A DNA stretch of 64,000 nucleotides from Eledone cirrhosa (Eukaryota), in contig OZ024741.1 of assembly GCA_964016885.1 (NCBI GenBank), positions 86,676,001 to 86,740,000 on the forward strand, in the 5' to 3' direction. Positions 1 to 42,703 of this stretch are shown here, one piece after another (the first letter of the stretch is position 1; each line of letters begins with the position of its first letter). Below the pieces are notes generated by a model, which searched no databases, was not told the origin of the DNA, and was given only the letters and a program-made list of their open reading frames with translations. A program made the position numbers and the translations under genes.

Positions 1-1393
1 TCCGAAATGGTGCACCCTAGAAAAAACGGTTTTCATTTTCGAAATCTGCGTCCCAAGGAGAATGTTTTAGGGTTGTTAGTTATAAAAAAAAATGTAATTG
101 TTATGAGATATAAACAACTTCAAGATCGCCAATATTGAACACAACGAGAGAGCATATAATATATCCCGATACTGCTAATCGACGACAATAGTGTGTATGC
201 AAAGGGTAGAGTTGAAAGAAAGGAAAAAATTTGCGTGCATAATTATTTTGAAACTAACACAGACATTGGAGAGAGAAGCCTGTAAAGCAAACTAACTAAA
301 AGAAATGAACAACAATTACAAGCCGAAAGGAAAACAAACGTGTGTACAAATTCGACACCAAACAAGGTAAACATTTTCAACTTTTCCCTTTTTTCGCATA
401 AGTGTATGCTTTGTCTGAGACAACTTCAAAATATTCTTCAAGGAACTGGATTTTACCATTCCGTTGGATCACTTAACTCCCAGAGACATTTGAACGGATT
501 TTACCATTTACAATCTACGGACAGGAATAACAGATCTTCGGAGTAAAAAAAAAAAGAAAAAAAAAAATTTTAAGGATTGGTGTGGCAACAACGCAAGGAA
601 CCAACCTGGAGCAATTGAATCTCACAATTATACGTTCCTCCTTAACGTACACTTACAATTTTTCAAAAACAAACCCCCCAAATATAAAATAAAAATAAAT
701 AATTATAAATGGCGAGGAACCGCCACTAGCTTCACAAGAAGAGAATACATATGTCACCATCCCATCTCCCTCTTGAAATAACCTGAATCTATTTATAGTC
801 AGTTGTGACTGAAAGGTCAATCCATACTTCCATTCTATTTCACAAAATTAGAAGCTTTGACCACTTGATAGAATTCAGGACCAGTAATGTAATCACTCTG
901 TAATTGTAAACATCTTGTATCACTATCATTCAGGTTTTGATTTTACTGAAGTCTTGCCCATGTGTTTTTTTTTTCTTCACACAAACTCACAATTTCGGTT
1001 TTTACTGCGGATTTACCCATGCGAACTATAACGCAAACTCACAGCCTTAGATTTTGTATTTCTAGCGTTTTTATTTTCCTTCTCTTTGCATGTTCAGTGC
1101 TCTTTCTCTCCCACTGTATTTACCTGCCTCTCACGTGACCACACTCCTCTCCACGCACTCATAATCTTCTCACCCCTTCTCCACTTTCTATCCCTCCCCT
1201 TGCTCACCCCTTACTTCGTCCTCGCGCACAGCCCACATAGGTATTCGTTCAACCTGTCGGTGGCCCGATGTTTCGACCAAACTATCACCGGCGATTGCCG
1301 ATTGATAAAGTTGCCTCCACTTTAACCTAATCCACTCTAGGTGGCGGTGGCATACGTCGAACGACCAAGAGACCTGCTTGGTGGAACGATTTT

Positions 1394-3958
1394 GTGACAA
1401 ATGGTCAGCCTTCGACCTCTCATTCTCCACCAACTGCAGCACGCACGAGAGGAGCTAACTTGCCCCCACCTACCCCCTCCTCCTCTTCACGGCAGATTCC
1501 GAACGAATTCAACCCGGCCAACCACACCACCCCTACAACTGTTAGCTCACCACCCAACCTCCGCTCTAGTCCCACTGTTAGAACCACTGCTGTCTCCTTT
1601 ACTGACTCATTCCTTCCACCAAATTCCAACACTGGCTCTCTACTGCCGGCTGCTGCCAGCCCACCACCTGATTGCGCTCTCTGTGCCCGCACTAGCCGGT
1701 ACTTAAAGACAATAAATGTCACCTATGCTACGCAAGCTACCACAGAAGCTGTGTCGGCATCACCAAAGCTCAAGCCGAAAGGCTTCAATACTGGACCTGT
1801 AATCGGAGCCACTTCAGCTCCGACGTATCCCGTGGGGATGCCCCACACTTTGATGACCAACTCTCTACCGAGGACTTTGCCACAGCCCTCCAGGGCTTCT
1901 CCAAATCAAAGCTCGTTAACCGGATCCCTAGGAGCTCGGAATAGCTTTGCACGTGCCCTCTCTAATCTACTGAAAAACGTTTGCTCGTCCAACAATAGGT
2001 CTGACTGGCAGAAATTCTTTTTGTTTTCCCTCATTTCTCATCACGTGCACAATGCAAATTCGGGTTCCCTCATGTCCTCTCTCAAGCGGCAGTTCCAGCT
2101 ATTTGAGTCCACCCCAACCACGTCTCATCTCAGTTCGACACCGAGCTCGGTGTCCACCAGCAGACAACCGGTAGACCTCAAGCGAGCGGTCAATGCCAAA
2201 TTCAGCGAAATTGACATTAAAGGGGCTGTCCGTCTCCTCTCTTCTCTGTCCTCCCTTGCTCCGTGCAACTCTGATTCTCTTGAGTGTCTGAAAGAGAAGC
2301 ACCCATCGGCACCCCCAGATGATCAGCTACACTGGCCCGAACCACCAGAATACTCGAGACCAGTTTACACCACCGATATCATCAGAAAGGCGATTTCATC
2401 CTTCCCAGCTGGGTCAGGCGCGGGAATTGACGGCCTTCATCCTCAATACCTCAAGGATGGTATCTCCTTATCAGCCGGTGATGCCGGACTTGAGCTCTTG
2501 GAGAGTCTGACTCAGTTTATGAATCAGTTCTCTTCAGTGAACGTTCTCCCGTTCATCCGCCCACTGTTCTTCGGTGCGAAGCTATTTGGTCTCACCAAGC
2601 CCAACGGGGACCTGCGCCCCATTGCGGTTGGCTGCACTCTTCGCCGCCTAACTGCAAAGGCGTGTTTGCTGTTGGTCTCCGATTCACAGGCAGAGGAATT
2701 TTCCCCCATCCAGCTGGGGGTGGGTACCAGGTTGGGATGTGAGGCTGCTGTCCATGCTACCAGAACATTTACCAACTTGTCCTCCTCGTCCCCCAAGGTG
2801 ATCCTCAAACTTGACCTCAAGAATGCCTTCAACTCCGTCAGCCGCGACATCGTCCTCGGCTCAGTAAGAGAGAGGGTCCCACAACTCTACTACTTTGCTT
2901 GGCTGGCTTATCGGGAGCCCTTCGATCTCTCTTTCGGTGACCAGATCATCACCTCTGCTTCAGGAGTCCAACAGGGTGACCCACTCGGGCCCACTCTGTT
3001 TGCACTGGGCATTGATGACGTCACCAAGATGGGGGTTGAGTTGGACCTCAATGTTTGGTACCTCGACGACGCCTGTTTGGGGGGAACTCCGGATATGGTT
3101 CTCGCCACTGCCAACAGGATGGTGGAGGAGCTTGGCCACCGGGGTCTCCAGATCAATAGCTCCAAATGTGAGCTCTGGATCCTCAGCCACCCGGCTTCTC
3201 AACACCAACAGCTGATCGACCTGTTCGCAGAGTCCTTCCCTTCCATCGCGGTCCCTCTCCCGTCGGCTTGGTGCTCCTTAGCAGCCCCAATCACAGACCT
3301 GGCCTTCGAGTCAACCTTCCAATCGAAGATGGTTGGCCTTGAGCAGCTGCTGAGGAATATCGAAGTTATCGAACCCCATCAAAGTTTCTTCATACTCATG
3401 AACTACCTGTCTATTCCTAAGCTTCTGTATCTGTTCAGGGTCAGCCCCTCTCACAGATTTCCATCCTGCCTCCAACGCTTTGATGACCTAATCTTCGAGA
3501 GACTCGAGTGTCTGGTCAATGTTAGACTCTCGCCAGAGTCCCGCGATCACGCTGCGTTGCCCAAGCGATTTGGGGGTCTTGGTCTTCGTAAGTGTTCGTC
3601 CCTCTCTCTCCCCTCCTTCCTTTCCTCCACCCATGCTTGCTCCATCCTGGTGAGCAGCATCCTCTCCTTTCCAACATGGACTAGTTCCAACAGGGAGTTG
3701 GGTGAAGCTCTCCAGCAATGGAGTGAGTTGGGCTTGTCTCTTCCTGAGAAAGTGGAGGACAGTCGAAGTCAGAGAACTTGGGACAGCATAAGTTCGAAGG
3801 CCACCTTCGACTCCCTCTTCGTCCAGTCAGATCAGTTTGCAAGGTGCCAGCGCCAAATACTCAGGCAACTAGGTCGATGCCCCACCCGTGGCCAACGTTG
3901 GTGGCCTACTCAGCCTGGCCGAACTTCGTGTCTCCATCGCCCTCAGAGTGGGAGCTGA
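1394..3958 (+). pseudogene. Reverse transcriptase ORF of the CRE-like element (frameshifted near 1710, 1930 and 3845)
   Basis: 854-aa ORF with complete RT motifs; the tail after ~3845 is out of frame with the downstream knuckle/RLE frame. Confidence 0.85.
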
Positions 3959-4511
3959 CGTCTGCATGGGTTTGAGGTGCTGATGCGGCAAACTCCTCGA
4001 TTCTACAAGCCTCCACGGTTTTTCTTGCCGCCTGAATGCCGACCGCTTCGCACGTCACACGGAGCTAAACCTCATTCTGAAGAGAGCTTTGGCCCGGGCG
4101 AATATCCCCTCAGTCTTGTCCAGAAGTGATGGCAAAAGACCTGACGATCTTACCCTGTGCCCCTGGTCGAGAGGCAGTTGCCTTGTCTGGGACGTCACTG
4201 TTAGTGACACTTTTGCTCTTTCCCACATCCTGGATGCTGCGGTTAGGACGAGAGCCACAGCTTCTGCAGCCGAGCGGAGTAAGAACCTCAAATACTCTGA
4301 TCTGTTGGTCAGCTACATTTTTCAGCCTGTGGCTTTCGAGACGTTTGGGGGAGTCGGGCTGCTGACTGCGAGGTTCTTCTGCTCACTGGCGGCTTGCCTA
4401 ATAGAGGTGACTGGCGAATCTTGCGAAGGCGCTTGGCTGTTTCAGCGCATCAGCCTTGCCACCACCCGAGGCAACGCTGCGAGTGTTGTGGCTTGCCTCA
4501 AAAATCATTAG
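3886..4511 (+). pseudogene. Zinc knuckle and restriction-like endonuclease domain of the CRE-like element
   Basis: VANVGGLLSLAELRVSIALRVGADVCMGLRC*CGKLLDSTSLHGFSC...RHTELN continues into ORF 4089..4511; in-frame TGA at 3981-3983. Confidence 0.85.
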
Positions 4512-5879
4512 AGAGGTTGCCCAGCACTCGCGATGTTGCTGTCTTTTGCTCTGGTGTTGGCTCCGTTGTTCACCCCTTCCTTTACATTTTCTTTAATATT
4601 GTAACATTAAAAGAATATATCTTTCATTGTATCATCCTTTATAATGTTATCGAAGCATTTGTAATGTTATTTATGTATACATTTAAAACATATTTGTTAT
4701 GGTATTCTACTGTAAATTTATTTATATGCTCTGTTCATATTTTCATTCTGAAAGAATTGCAAATGATTTGTAATGTTATTTATACAACTATGAATAAAAT
4801 ATTTATATTAGGAAAAAAAAAAAACCCAACAGTATTATCAGAATTCTAGCACCTAGGATGCTATTTTACTTTTACTATCAAATATACTATTCTATTTTCT
4901 CAGATGTTACCTAAACAAAGATGATGAGACATACTAATTTGAATGTTAGAAGAAAAATCTACATTTGATCTAAAACAATTGAAGAGGTATTCTGAATATC
5001 CAATATGAATGAATGTGAGGGATATGTTGAATGCATGTTAGTTCAAAAAGTGACTAGTTATCAAAGCATTGACTAAAGTATGGAAAGAATAAACTAAACT
5101 AGCTTGTAAATATATTTAATGTTAATAGACACTACCTACTGGGTGATAAGTGTTCTAGGTTGGTAAAGGGTATAAAAATAGGAAGCTAAAGAAAGATCTT
5201 AGAAAGTTGAGCCTCATATTTGAAATGATACAGAATAAAGATTCATGAAAATATATGACATAATGAATTTATCTAAATCATGACTGTATAAACATTAATC
5301 CTTTAGACACTAACCCAACCAAAACTGCCTCTATTAAAGAGTTCAAATCTAAATGTAAATATTTGACTGAAATTCTGTGATTAGTATACAAAATTAGGTT
5401 ATTGATTTGTAGAGGTATGACTTTGTGTCTAGTACCAATACTGCACTAGTACACAAGCTTAAGTTGATTAAAAAAATGGACCCAGTACACTCTGTAAAGG
5501 GGTAGTGTTGGTGTCACAATAAAAGCGTACGGTACATACTGTACCGTACTGATGATGATGATGATGATGATGAAGAGGAGGAGGAAGAAGAGCTAGGGCT
5601 GATCAGAACCAATATGTGCAAAGTTATTATAGGCTTCAATATTTCAGACAAAGTACTTCCATTTTCTATAGATGAGCCTGTAGTCTACTAGTGACTTTCT
5701 GCTGCTTATATCAGATAAATATGTCTAGAGCATTCCTAGCTTCATTTGTAATCTAGTGCAGTGATTATTTTAATATTCAGTTGACCCTTGCTTGTGTAAT
5801 TCTAAATCAAATTTTGTGCAGTAAGTTTATATTTTGTGTGGGATACTACACACGCTTACAATGTAAATGATGGTTAACA

Positions 5880-6190
5880 GATTTATAACATTCACAAAAT
5901 GCTTCTCAGATACAGAGAATATGCAAGACTGGGTCATAACACCTGCCTCAAATATTTGTGTAGTTTTAAAATTTCCTTAAAATAAACTGACCTAGTGTAC
6001 ATTATATTTGTTTCCAGAGTCAGATATATTAGAAATTGACCACTGCATCTGGTGAACTCATGAAAAGTAAAGGGTGCATCTTTTGCTTCAATGTGCACAT
6101 TGCAGTCACCCTGTACAATAATCATATTATGTAAAGGAACTAAGCTAATCACATCTTTGGCATCTTCAGAGCTTTCAACAGGTGCATGGT
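5880..6190 (-). mobile_element. Decayed LINE AP-endonuclease fragment
   Basis: ORF 5934..6152 contains VPLHNMIIVQGDCNVHI, matching the APE GDFNA motif context. Confidence 0.55.
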
Positions 6191-6561
6191 GGAAATCACT
6201 CTTGTAGCAAGGTTACCACTAAAGCTAGCACTTATAATTCTGCTGATGATGGAAGTGACATCTTACAGACCCATCTCTGTATCCGTCGAAGATGACATTG
6301 GCATCACCACATGCATTATTTTCATTTCTCTATATTTGATGAATTTATCAACTTGCATCTCTCCAGGGGACTGAACTCTTACTCACCTTCATGGTCAACG
6401 ACCTCTAAGATAGTCAGCTGCAAACCTCACATCAAGAGGAGACCTTATATCAATTTGTACAAGAAACTTTGTATAAAACTTTGCATACAAACATTTTAAG
6501 TGCAATTTCTAACCTTACTGTGAGAGTAAAAATGAAGTAAAGAAAATATATAAAATAATAC

Positions 6562-36170
<29,609 letters not shown>

Positions 36171-36479
36171 TTTTTCCGCAATAACAACGCAAAGGCTTTA
36201 AAGCAAAGCTACATACTAATTAGATTCGAATTAATTGTGGTTAACCAAAGAAGTAAAATAAATTATACGGTTTTTTTAATTATAAATAATAGCTAAAATT
36301 TAAACGTAAACTATGACAACATATTAAAAAGAATTCGTTCAATTTACTTATTCTCTTGGTAAAATTTAAATTAGTACATCAACACGGTATAAAAAGAAAA
36401 CATTTCAATATTTGAAATATATTTATGTGTAAATATCGAGTTAATATTTCTTCAGTTCTTGAGCTAGCTGTATTGTCCA

Positions 36480-36870
36480 AGGTTGATGGGAAGAGGTCAG
36501 ACTGTCTCACCCTTTGCATCTGGGTAAGGGGAAAATGTCTAATTTCAAATGTCACAGTTAGTCTTTTGCTCCTTCCCTCATCCTAGTTGCTGCGGTAGTG
36601 ATGGTCACTGCATTCGTAGCCAAACCAAATAGAATTCGATTCGAAAATACCAGGAATTATCGGCACACTATTTTTTCAGCCTGTAGCAATCGAAATGTTT
36701 GGAGTAACTGGGCCACTGATAATAGAGTCCTTGTCATCGTTGACGGCTTGCCTTACAGAAGTTTCGGGAGATACCCGCGAGAGTGCTTGGTTATTCTAGC
36801 GCCTTAGCTTTGCTATTACTCGTGCCAATTCTGCGAGTGTATTGGCTTGCCTCAAAAAAGTATTAGAGGG
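36480..36870 (+). mobile_element. Decayed 3' end (RLE domain) of the CRE-like family
   Basis: Alternate frames give FQPVAIEMFG and AWLF*RLSFAITRANSASVLACLKK, homologous to 4320-4511. Confidence 0.75.
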
Positions 36871-39441
36871 AGGGTCCAGCAACCTTGTAGTGTGTGATTG
36901 AGTGTGCCGGTCTGCTATCTCACCTTTCTTCCTTATTATTTCCCTCCTTTCCTTTTCTTCTTTTTTGTACTGTATATCTGCATAGTCTTACGGTTATTAA
37001 ATAAGCCGAATACTCTGTGTTTAAAACCTATATAGTCTTGTTGCAAAATGAAATGAGGTTGGATATTCTCGTTTTTGTTGTTGGGTTATTTCTCATCTTA
37101 CTGATAATTGTTGTGGAAAAAGGGTGCAGGCATGGCCAAATGGTTAAGAAATTCATTTCGCAATCCGGAGGTCCAGGGTTAGGTCTTAACATATAACATA
37201 TATTGGACAAGTGTCTTTTGCTGTAGTTTTTGATTCATCCAAGCCTGTGAATGTGTTTTGGTAGAAGGATTTGTTGGTGCCACTCTAAAACGCACGGAGT
37301 GCTTTTAGAGTGGCACCAACACAAAGTTGTTGTGTCCTGGACACAATTGAAGAGTTCTATCAACTCTTTGGCACGTTTTCTATGGCCGAATACTCTTCCT
37401 AATGTGAACCACTTTACAGGATGCATCTTTTGTGGCATCAACAATAGAGAGATTGTCATGTCTGTGACATGACTGAAGAGCCCCCAAACTGTTTTGGTAT
37501 GCTTTCTACCACTGGGTGCCCTTCTTAACACCAGCCACTTTACAGAGTGTACTGGATACATTTTATTGTAGCCTTATCCCTCACTTATAGGGTGGAAGTG
37601 ATGACTTGGCCTAAGTGAAGCATGTTTAGGGGAGGAAGGGTAAGTAAGACGGATGATAGTTATGATGTCAAGGGTGAGTGATACCAAGTGTGACAAGTGT
37701 GGTGGGATTTAAGGGGCGATAGGGAGAAAAAGGGTGAGAAATTATTTCATGGGTATATGACAACTAGTAGATTTAGAGAGGAAAAGTATGGGGGATAACC
37801 TCTGAATAGGACAGACACAAAGAGCTATGAGTAGTGTCATGGGATTTAGCAAGGTGATGAGAAGGAGGAGGGTTGAAGGTGATCATGGATAGAATGGTTG
37901 GGGTACAGTGATGGCGAGAATAATTACTAAGGAGTAATGGTGCTGGGGGTATGAATGAGTCAGGTCACATTTACATTCTATACTGTTAGGTGAGTTTTCT
38001 CCAGTACAACATGTTGCCAATCCTCGCAGTCCTTTATTGTGAGATTCAGTTTCCTAAGGTCGGACTTTTCTACTTTATTCCATGTCTCGTACACGAGTCC
38101 TATTGACTAAGATTTCTTTGCCTTTCTTTATACATACATCTGTCATCTTCCATATGCATCAAATGTTCATACTACACTACATTCAATTCCTCTTATACCC
38201 AGTTTATCTCTCAGCTCACTTATGTTACTTTGTTTATGTACAATGATGTTCCAATTATATTGGTGCAAGTCAGACATGTAGAAAAGACATGAAAATGGAT
38301 GGAATTCCAAAGACGCAGGAATGACCTGGCACAATGGTTAGTGCCAAGTCATTCTTGGGGGAGAAGGCACAATATAACAAGAAGAGGAGGGATGAGTAAA
38401 TCAGGACTGCCTAAGTTGAGGTGGCACAAGACAAGTTAACCTTGAGAAACAGAGACCATTGTAGTGGTAGTAAAGAAGCAGGGAAAGAAGGCAGCATATC
38501 TGCACACCAAAGACTGGAGTATGTCTGAGTGACTTTATGCTAGTTAGTTGAGTGGGTCATCTCTAGATACAATTCAGGATGTCTGTGTGTGTGTGCAGCA
38601 CCCACCACCCTAGACACAAGAGCAGCACCACATCATGGGTTGCATTTGAGTACTGCCGAGGATCAGCAATTGTTGAGGACAAGAATTTTAAAAATACTTA
38701 AAAGGAAAGACAAACCCCCAAGATGCAGTCCTAGCTATGCTAAGTGACACATGTTCTTATTGGTCAAGAGAGGTCATGGGGGTTAAAATTGTTGCAGGAT
38801 CTAAATCAAACTACTAAATTGCAAAGAAAACAACCAGGCCAAAGTGTATATTAAAAAAAAAAAAGTATGTTACTTCAATATGGAGTGAAGGCATCTGAAG
38901 TAAACTTTAAAACAGAAGGATGTGTGTGGTTATGAGTCACATACTGGAAGTAACAGTGATCCTATGGGTGGAAGGGGAAAGGAGAGGACCCCTGTCCTTG
39001 TTCAGATTTAACATGAGAAGTGTCTTGGATCTCAGGTGAAACCCTAATTTCTGGTCAGAGTTATGGTGTGAGTATGAGTCTTGGATTATGCAGCTAAACA
39101 AGAATGACAATCAGAGAGGACTGGCAATGTAAACAATTTTGCGTTTTTCCATCACACACATAATTACCTATCTAGCAGTGGTACACAGGTGCTGAATATA
39201 TATACATATATTTGTTTTGCAAGGTTTTTGATATGAAACTGTGGGTCAAAACAAATATTGTTATACTTGGGGAGGGTCATATTGTTATAATATTGCCAGA
39301 AATAACAACAACACACACTCATTGTTTGGTTTGGGTTGGTTTTCGCTTCTGTATCTTTTATATCTCCATAGTTAATTTATTTGGCAATCAATGTTTATCA
39401 TTGATTGACCAACGGTTAAAAATATATATATAAATATATAT

Positions 39442-39495
39442 ATAGTCTATCAAAGTTCTTTCGTCACACATCTGCGACATCATCACTGGTACTAT
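39442..39495 (-). ncRNA. Candidate degenerate minimal hammerhead ribozyme at the Penelope 3' end
   Basis: Minus strand atagtacca-GTGATGA-t-gtcgca(gatg)tgtgac-GAAA-gaactt-tgatagactat: core boxes around a 6-bp stem II; first core base is G instead of C. Confidence 0.5.
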
Positions 39496-41300
39496 CATGT
39501 TTTCTCCCATTGTATTGTAATGTCTACGCCATTTTTTAAAATTTATTTATTTATTCTTGTCTCTGTCTCTGCGCATGCGTGTGTGTTTAATGTTTGGTGT
39601 GTTTTTGTATTCTATCTTTGTTCACTAGTGTGTGTTTGTATGTGTTTGTTGTTGTACTTGTGTATATATTTATTTATTTATATTTCCCTTAAGTCAGTAT
39701 TGTTTGTTTGGGTATGGTTGTTGTTGTTATTCCATTCATTCTTTCTGTTCAACTTCGGTCTTCTTAGTTCTATCTCAGTTGCTTCTCTGATTTGCCTACC
39801 TGTTGAGTCATTTCTATGCTTAGATATTATTTTAATTTCTATGTTGTCTACATTACTGTCATCTCTTTGTTCATGTAGTACTGGACGTTTTTTTGTCTTT
39901 TTAGTTCCCCCCAGTGTTGGTGTATACTTTCTCCTATGCTTTGAGCTGTCTCACCTATGTATATCATTGTCATGTTTCTGCAAGTACCCTCTGTACATCT
40001 TATGCTATAGACTACATTTCTAGTTTTACAATTTATCTGGGGGTTCATTCTACATATAACACATTTCTTATTCGTACAGTGGGTTTTCTTAAAGGGGTAT
40101 GTTTTGCTGATCAGGGATTTTATGGTAGTTCCTGGCTTTTCTACCACTTTAATCTTTAGATGGGTCTTTTTTTAGGGCCTTTCTACATTGCTAAGCTAAT
40201 TTCCCTCCAGGAGTAGCATCCACAAACATGACACTCTGTTATCTCTGGTTGTTGTGCAATGAAGTGGCTTTCCCTATCTTATGTTTAGTCCTATCTAAGC
40301 TATTCCATGATTTGCTCCTGTATAATTGGCAAATTCCTTTCATGTCCATTTCTATGAAGGTCTTATATTTCTCTGTGGCTCCTTTGTATACTCTGATTCT
40401 GTCTCTTTGGTTGTAGCCAGAGAACTGCATGCGATTGATGAAGTGTTGGATGTGTCTTTCCATTTCAGTTGGGTCACACATATGGGACACATTCTTCATC
40501 ACTCTTACCAAGTCTGCGATCAGAATATTAAACTTAGCACTATTGGACATTGCTGAGTTTTTGAGTATCAGGTATTTGGAGGCCATGGGCTTAGCATAGT
40601 GTGAGTGGAGAATTTGGGCCCTCTCGTCTATAGTGTTTATATAGAGTTCCATGTCTTATACTGGTAGTCTATTGTTAGGGTGTTTGGAAGGGTAATCAAG
40701 GGTTACAGTTATACTCTGGTGTATGGAATTAGGTATTTGCTGGATGCTCTCCATTGTGCTACTTTCTAATTCATGTTTATTAGTACTCTCTTGTGGGGGT
40801 GTTCTTATTACTATATTAATATCGTCTACGTAACGAGAGTACATGATGAGTGCTATGGAGTTCTCTTCAAGGAGTTCTCTTAGTTTCCTCTCCCACCATA
40901 CCATAAATAGATTGGCAACATCCCCAGCCATGCTCACGCCAATGGTTGCTCCCCCATTCTGGGTGTAGATCTTTTTATTAAATTTAAACATATGGCCCTT
41001 TAGGGTAGTTTTAATACTAGCCCCTATTGCATGTGCGACCATTTTTCTCACCTGATCATTGTTTGTGGGGGTCCTATATGGCTTTGGTCCATCCGTTCCA
41101 TCTTCCTATGGGAGTCTTTTTAGCCATTGAGGTTATGGTGGGGGGGGGGGGGGGGAGTATATCTCTTATAGGTTTTCTGGGGCAGAAACAGCTAAGGTCA
41201 TGATTATCTAGGTATTCGGTGTCATAAGTAAGTCTAAGTAGGAGGCCCAGTTCATCTGTGTCGACATCGCAGAACTCCACTTTGCTCTCACTGATTATTT
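39442..41300 (-). mobile_element. Decayed Penelope-like element (RT, Cys-rich linker, GIY-YIG endonuclease)
   Basis: ORF 40656..41051 YTQNGGATIG...YSRYVDD; 40239..40652 thumb (HYAKPM, MQFSGY); 39848..40147 CTNKKCVIC, NVVYSIRC, IYIGET. Confidence 0.88.
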
Positions 41301-41302
41301 CT

Positions 41303-41358
<56 letters not shown>

Positions 41359-41559
41359 TCATGAGTTTTATATCCTTTTGTTTTAGCGGTGGCACAGAGC
41401 ATCAGCCGACAACGTTGTTTCTAGATTATTGTACTTTGTCAAGATTGTGTATCTCTTTCTGTCACTCACTAGAACTCTCAGGAATATATAGTATTCTCTA
41501 AAGTATACATCAGCTGATTAGCCTCATTTGCTAATCGCTCGGTATGCAAATAAGGTTAA

Positions 41560-41870
41560 TCAGCGATGGTAGACCCCTTATCTGGGATGCTACATGTTGC
41601 GACACACCTTGTCTGACAGAAACTTGGTCCATTTAACGACTAGTCCAGGCTTCGATGCTCATCGGGCTGAAGAGAGAAAACTGTTGAAGTATCGGTTGCT
41701 CTCCGATAGTTTTGTGGTCGAGCCTGTGACAGTGAAGATTTTCGGTATTCGTGGCCCTCGGACCACAACCTTACTGTTATTGGAGTGGAGTTGGCTTCAA
41801 GCACTAGTTAGCCCCGCGAGCTGGAGTGGCTGTTCCAGTGCGTCCCCTTGCCTTCCTCTTGGGTAACCTT
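41560..41870 (+). mobile_element. RLE-domain fragment of a second CRE-like family
   Basis: PLIWDATCCDT, then AEERKLLKYRLL...VEPVTVKIFGIRGP. Confidence 0.65.
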
Positions 41871-42142
41871 TTCCCCAGTCTCTCTACTGGGACTACGAGA
41901 TTGTCTAACCCTTAAACATATTTCTTTTTTGTTCTCCTCTCAAGGTTACAGGACAACTAGCTTTGACTCCTTTAGTGTAAACTAGCAGAATGGCCCGGCG
42001 TTGCTTGGGATTTGCTCTGGGGTTCTTATATATTTGATATATATTTATCCTTATCGAGCCTCGTGAAATAAATATATTTTGTTATTGTGTATGCAAAAAT
42101 ATCTGTACACGAATATATAATTATATTATATATATATATATA

Positions 42143-42703
42143 TAGCAGCGGAGGTGGGTGTTCGGAAAGTACAATAACTAGGGTAAGAACGGTATGGAAG
42201 AAGTTCGGAGAGCTACTGCCACTGCTAACTGCAAAAGACTTTTCCCTCAACATGAAAGAGAGACTGTATGATGCTTGTATACGAACAGCAATGTTACATG
42301 GTAGTGAGACCTGGGCGCTGTCTGTGGAAGACTTGCGTAGATTAGAAAGAAACGAAGCCTGCATGCTCCGATGGATGTGTAATAGTAATATACGCGAACG
42401 GCAAAGCATAAATGAATTGAGAGAGAGACTGGGCATAAGAGGAATCAAATGCTGTGTGCAGGAGAGGCGGTTGTGTTGGTACGGACATGTGATGCATATG
42501 AAGGATGACAGCTGCATAAAAAGGTGCAGAGCACTAGAAGTCGATGGAAACCGTGGAGTGGGGAGACGCAAGAAGACCTGGGATGAGGAAATAAAAGCCG
42601 ACCTTACCCAATTACACTTCTCAAAGGCGATGACACACAACTGCGACCTCTGGCGTCACGCAGTAATACAGAAGACCGGACGTAAAATGGTGATGATGAT
42701 GAT
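42143..42703 (+). mobile_element. RTE 3' fragment inserted into a TA-rich tract of a Helitron unit
   Basis: ORF 42087..42728 SSGGGCSES...LHGSETW...; (TGA)n tail. Confidence 0.85.

Larger units (their letters stand above)
1030..4824 (+). mobile_element. Near-full-length CRE-like non-LTR retrotransposon (RT + CCHC knuckle + restriction-like endonuclease), antisense in a CDK5 intron; 5' boundary approximate
   Basis: RT motifs LRPIAVG, DLKNAFNSV, GVQQGDPLGP, WYLDD, GGLGL; knuckle C*CG...H..SC at ~3978; RLE motifs RH, KRPD, WDVT, KY, PVAFETFG; AATAAA at ~4794 and poly(A) 4813-4824. Confidence 0.88.

Noticed and set aside
3981-3983. In-frame TGA between two Cys in the zinc knuckle as selenocysteine or readthrough
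   Set aside because: It falls at the variable position of C-x-C, is simply explained by CGA to TGA decay, and the copy has other lesions.
1-6561. Remaining CDK5 exons (LLGTP...WP onward)
   Set aside because: No matching coding sequence found by eye on the minus strand; presumed to lie left of the window.
39520-40023. 167-aa hydrophobic ORF resembling a membrane protein
   Set aside because: Antisense to the A-rich 3' part of the Penelope-like element; composition artefact.
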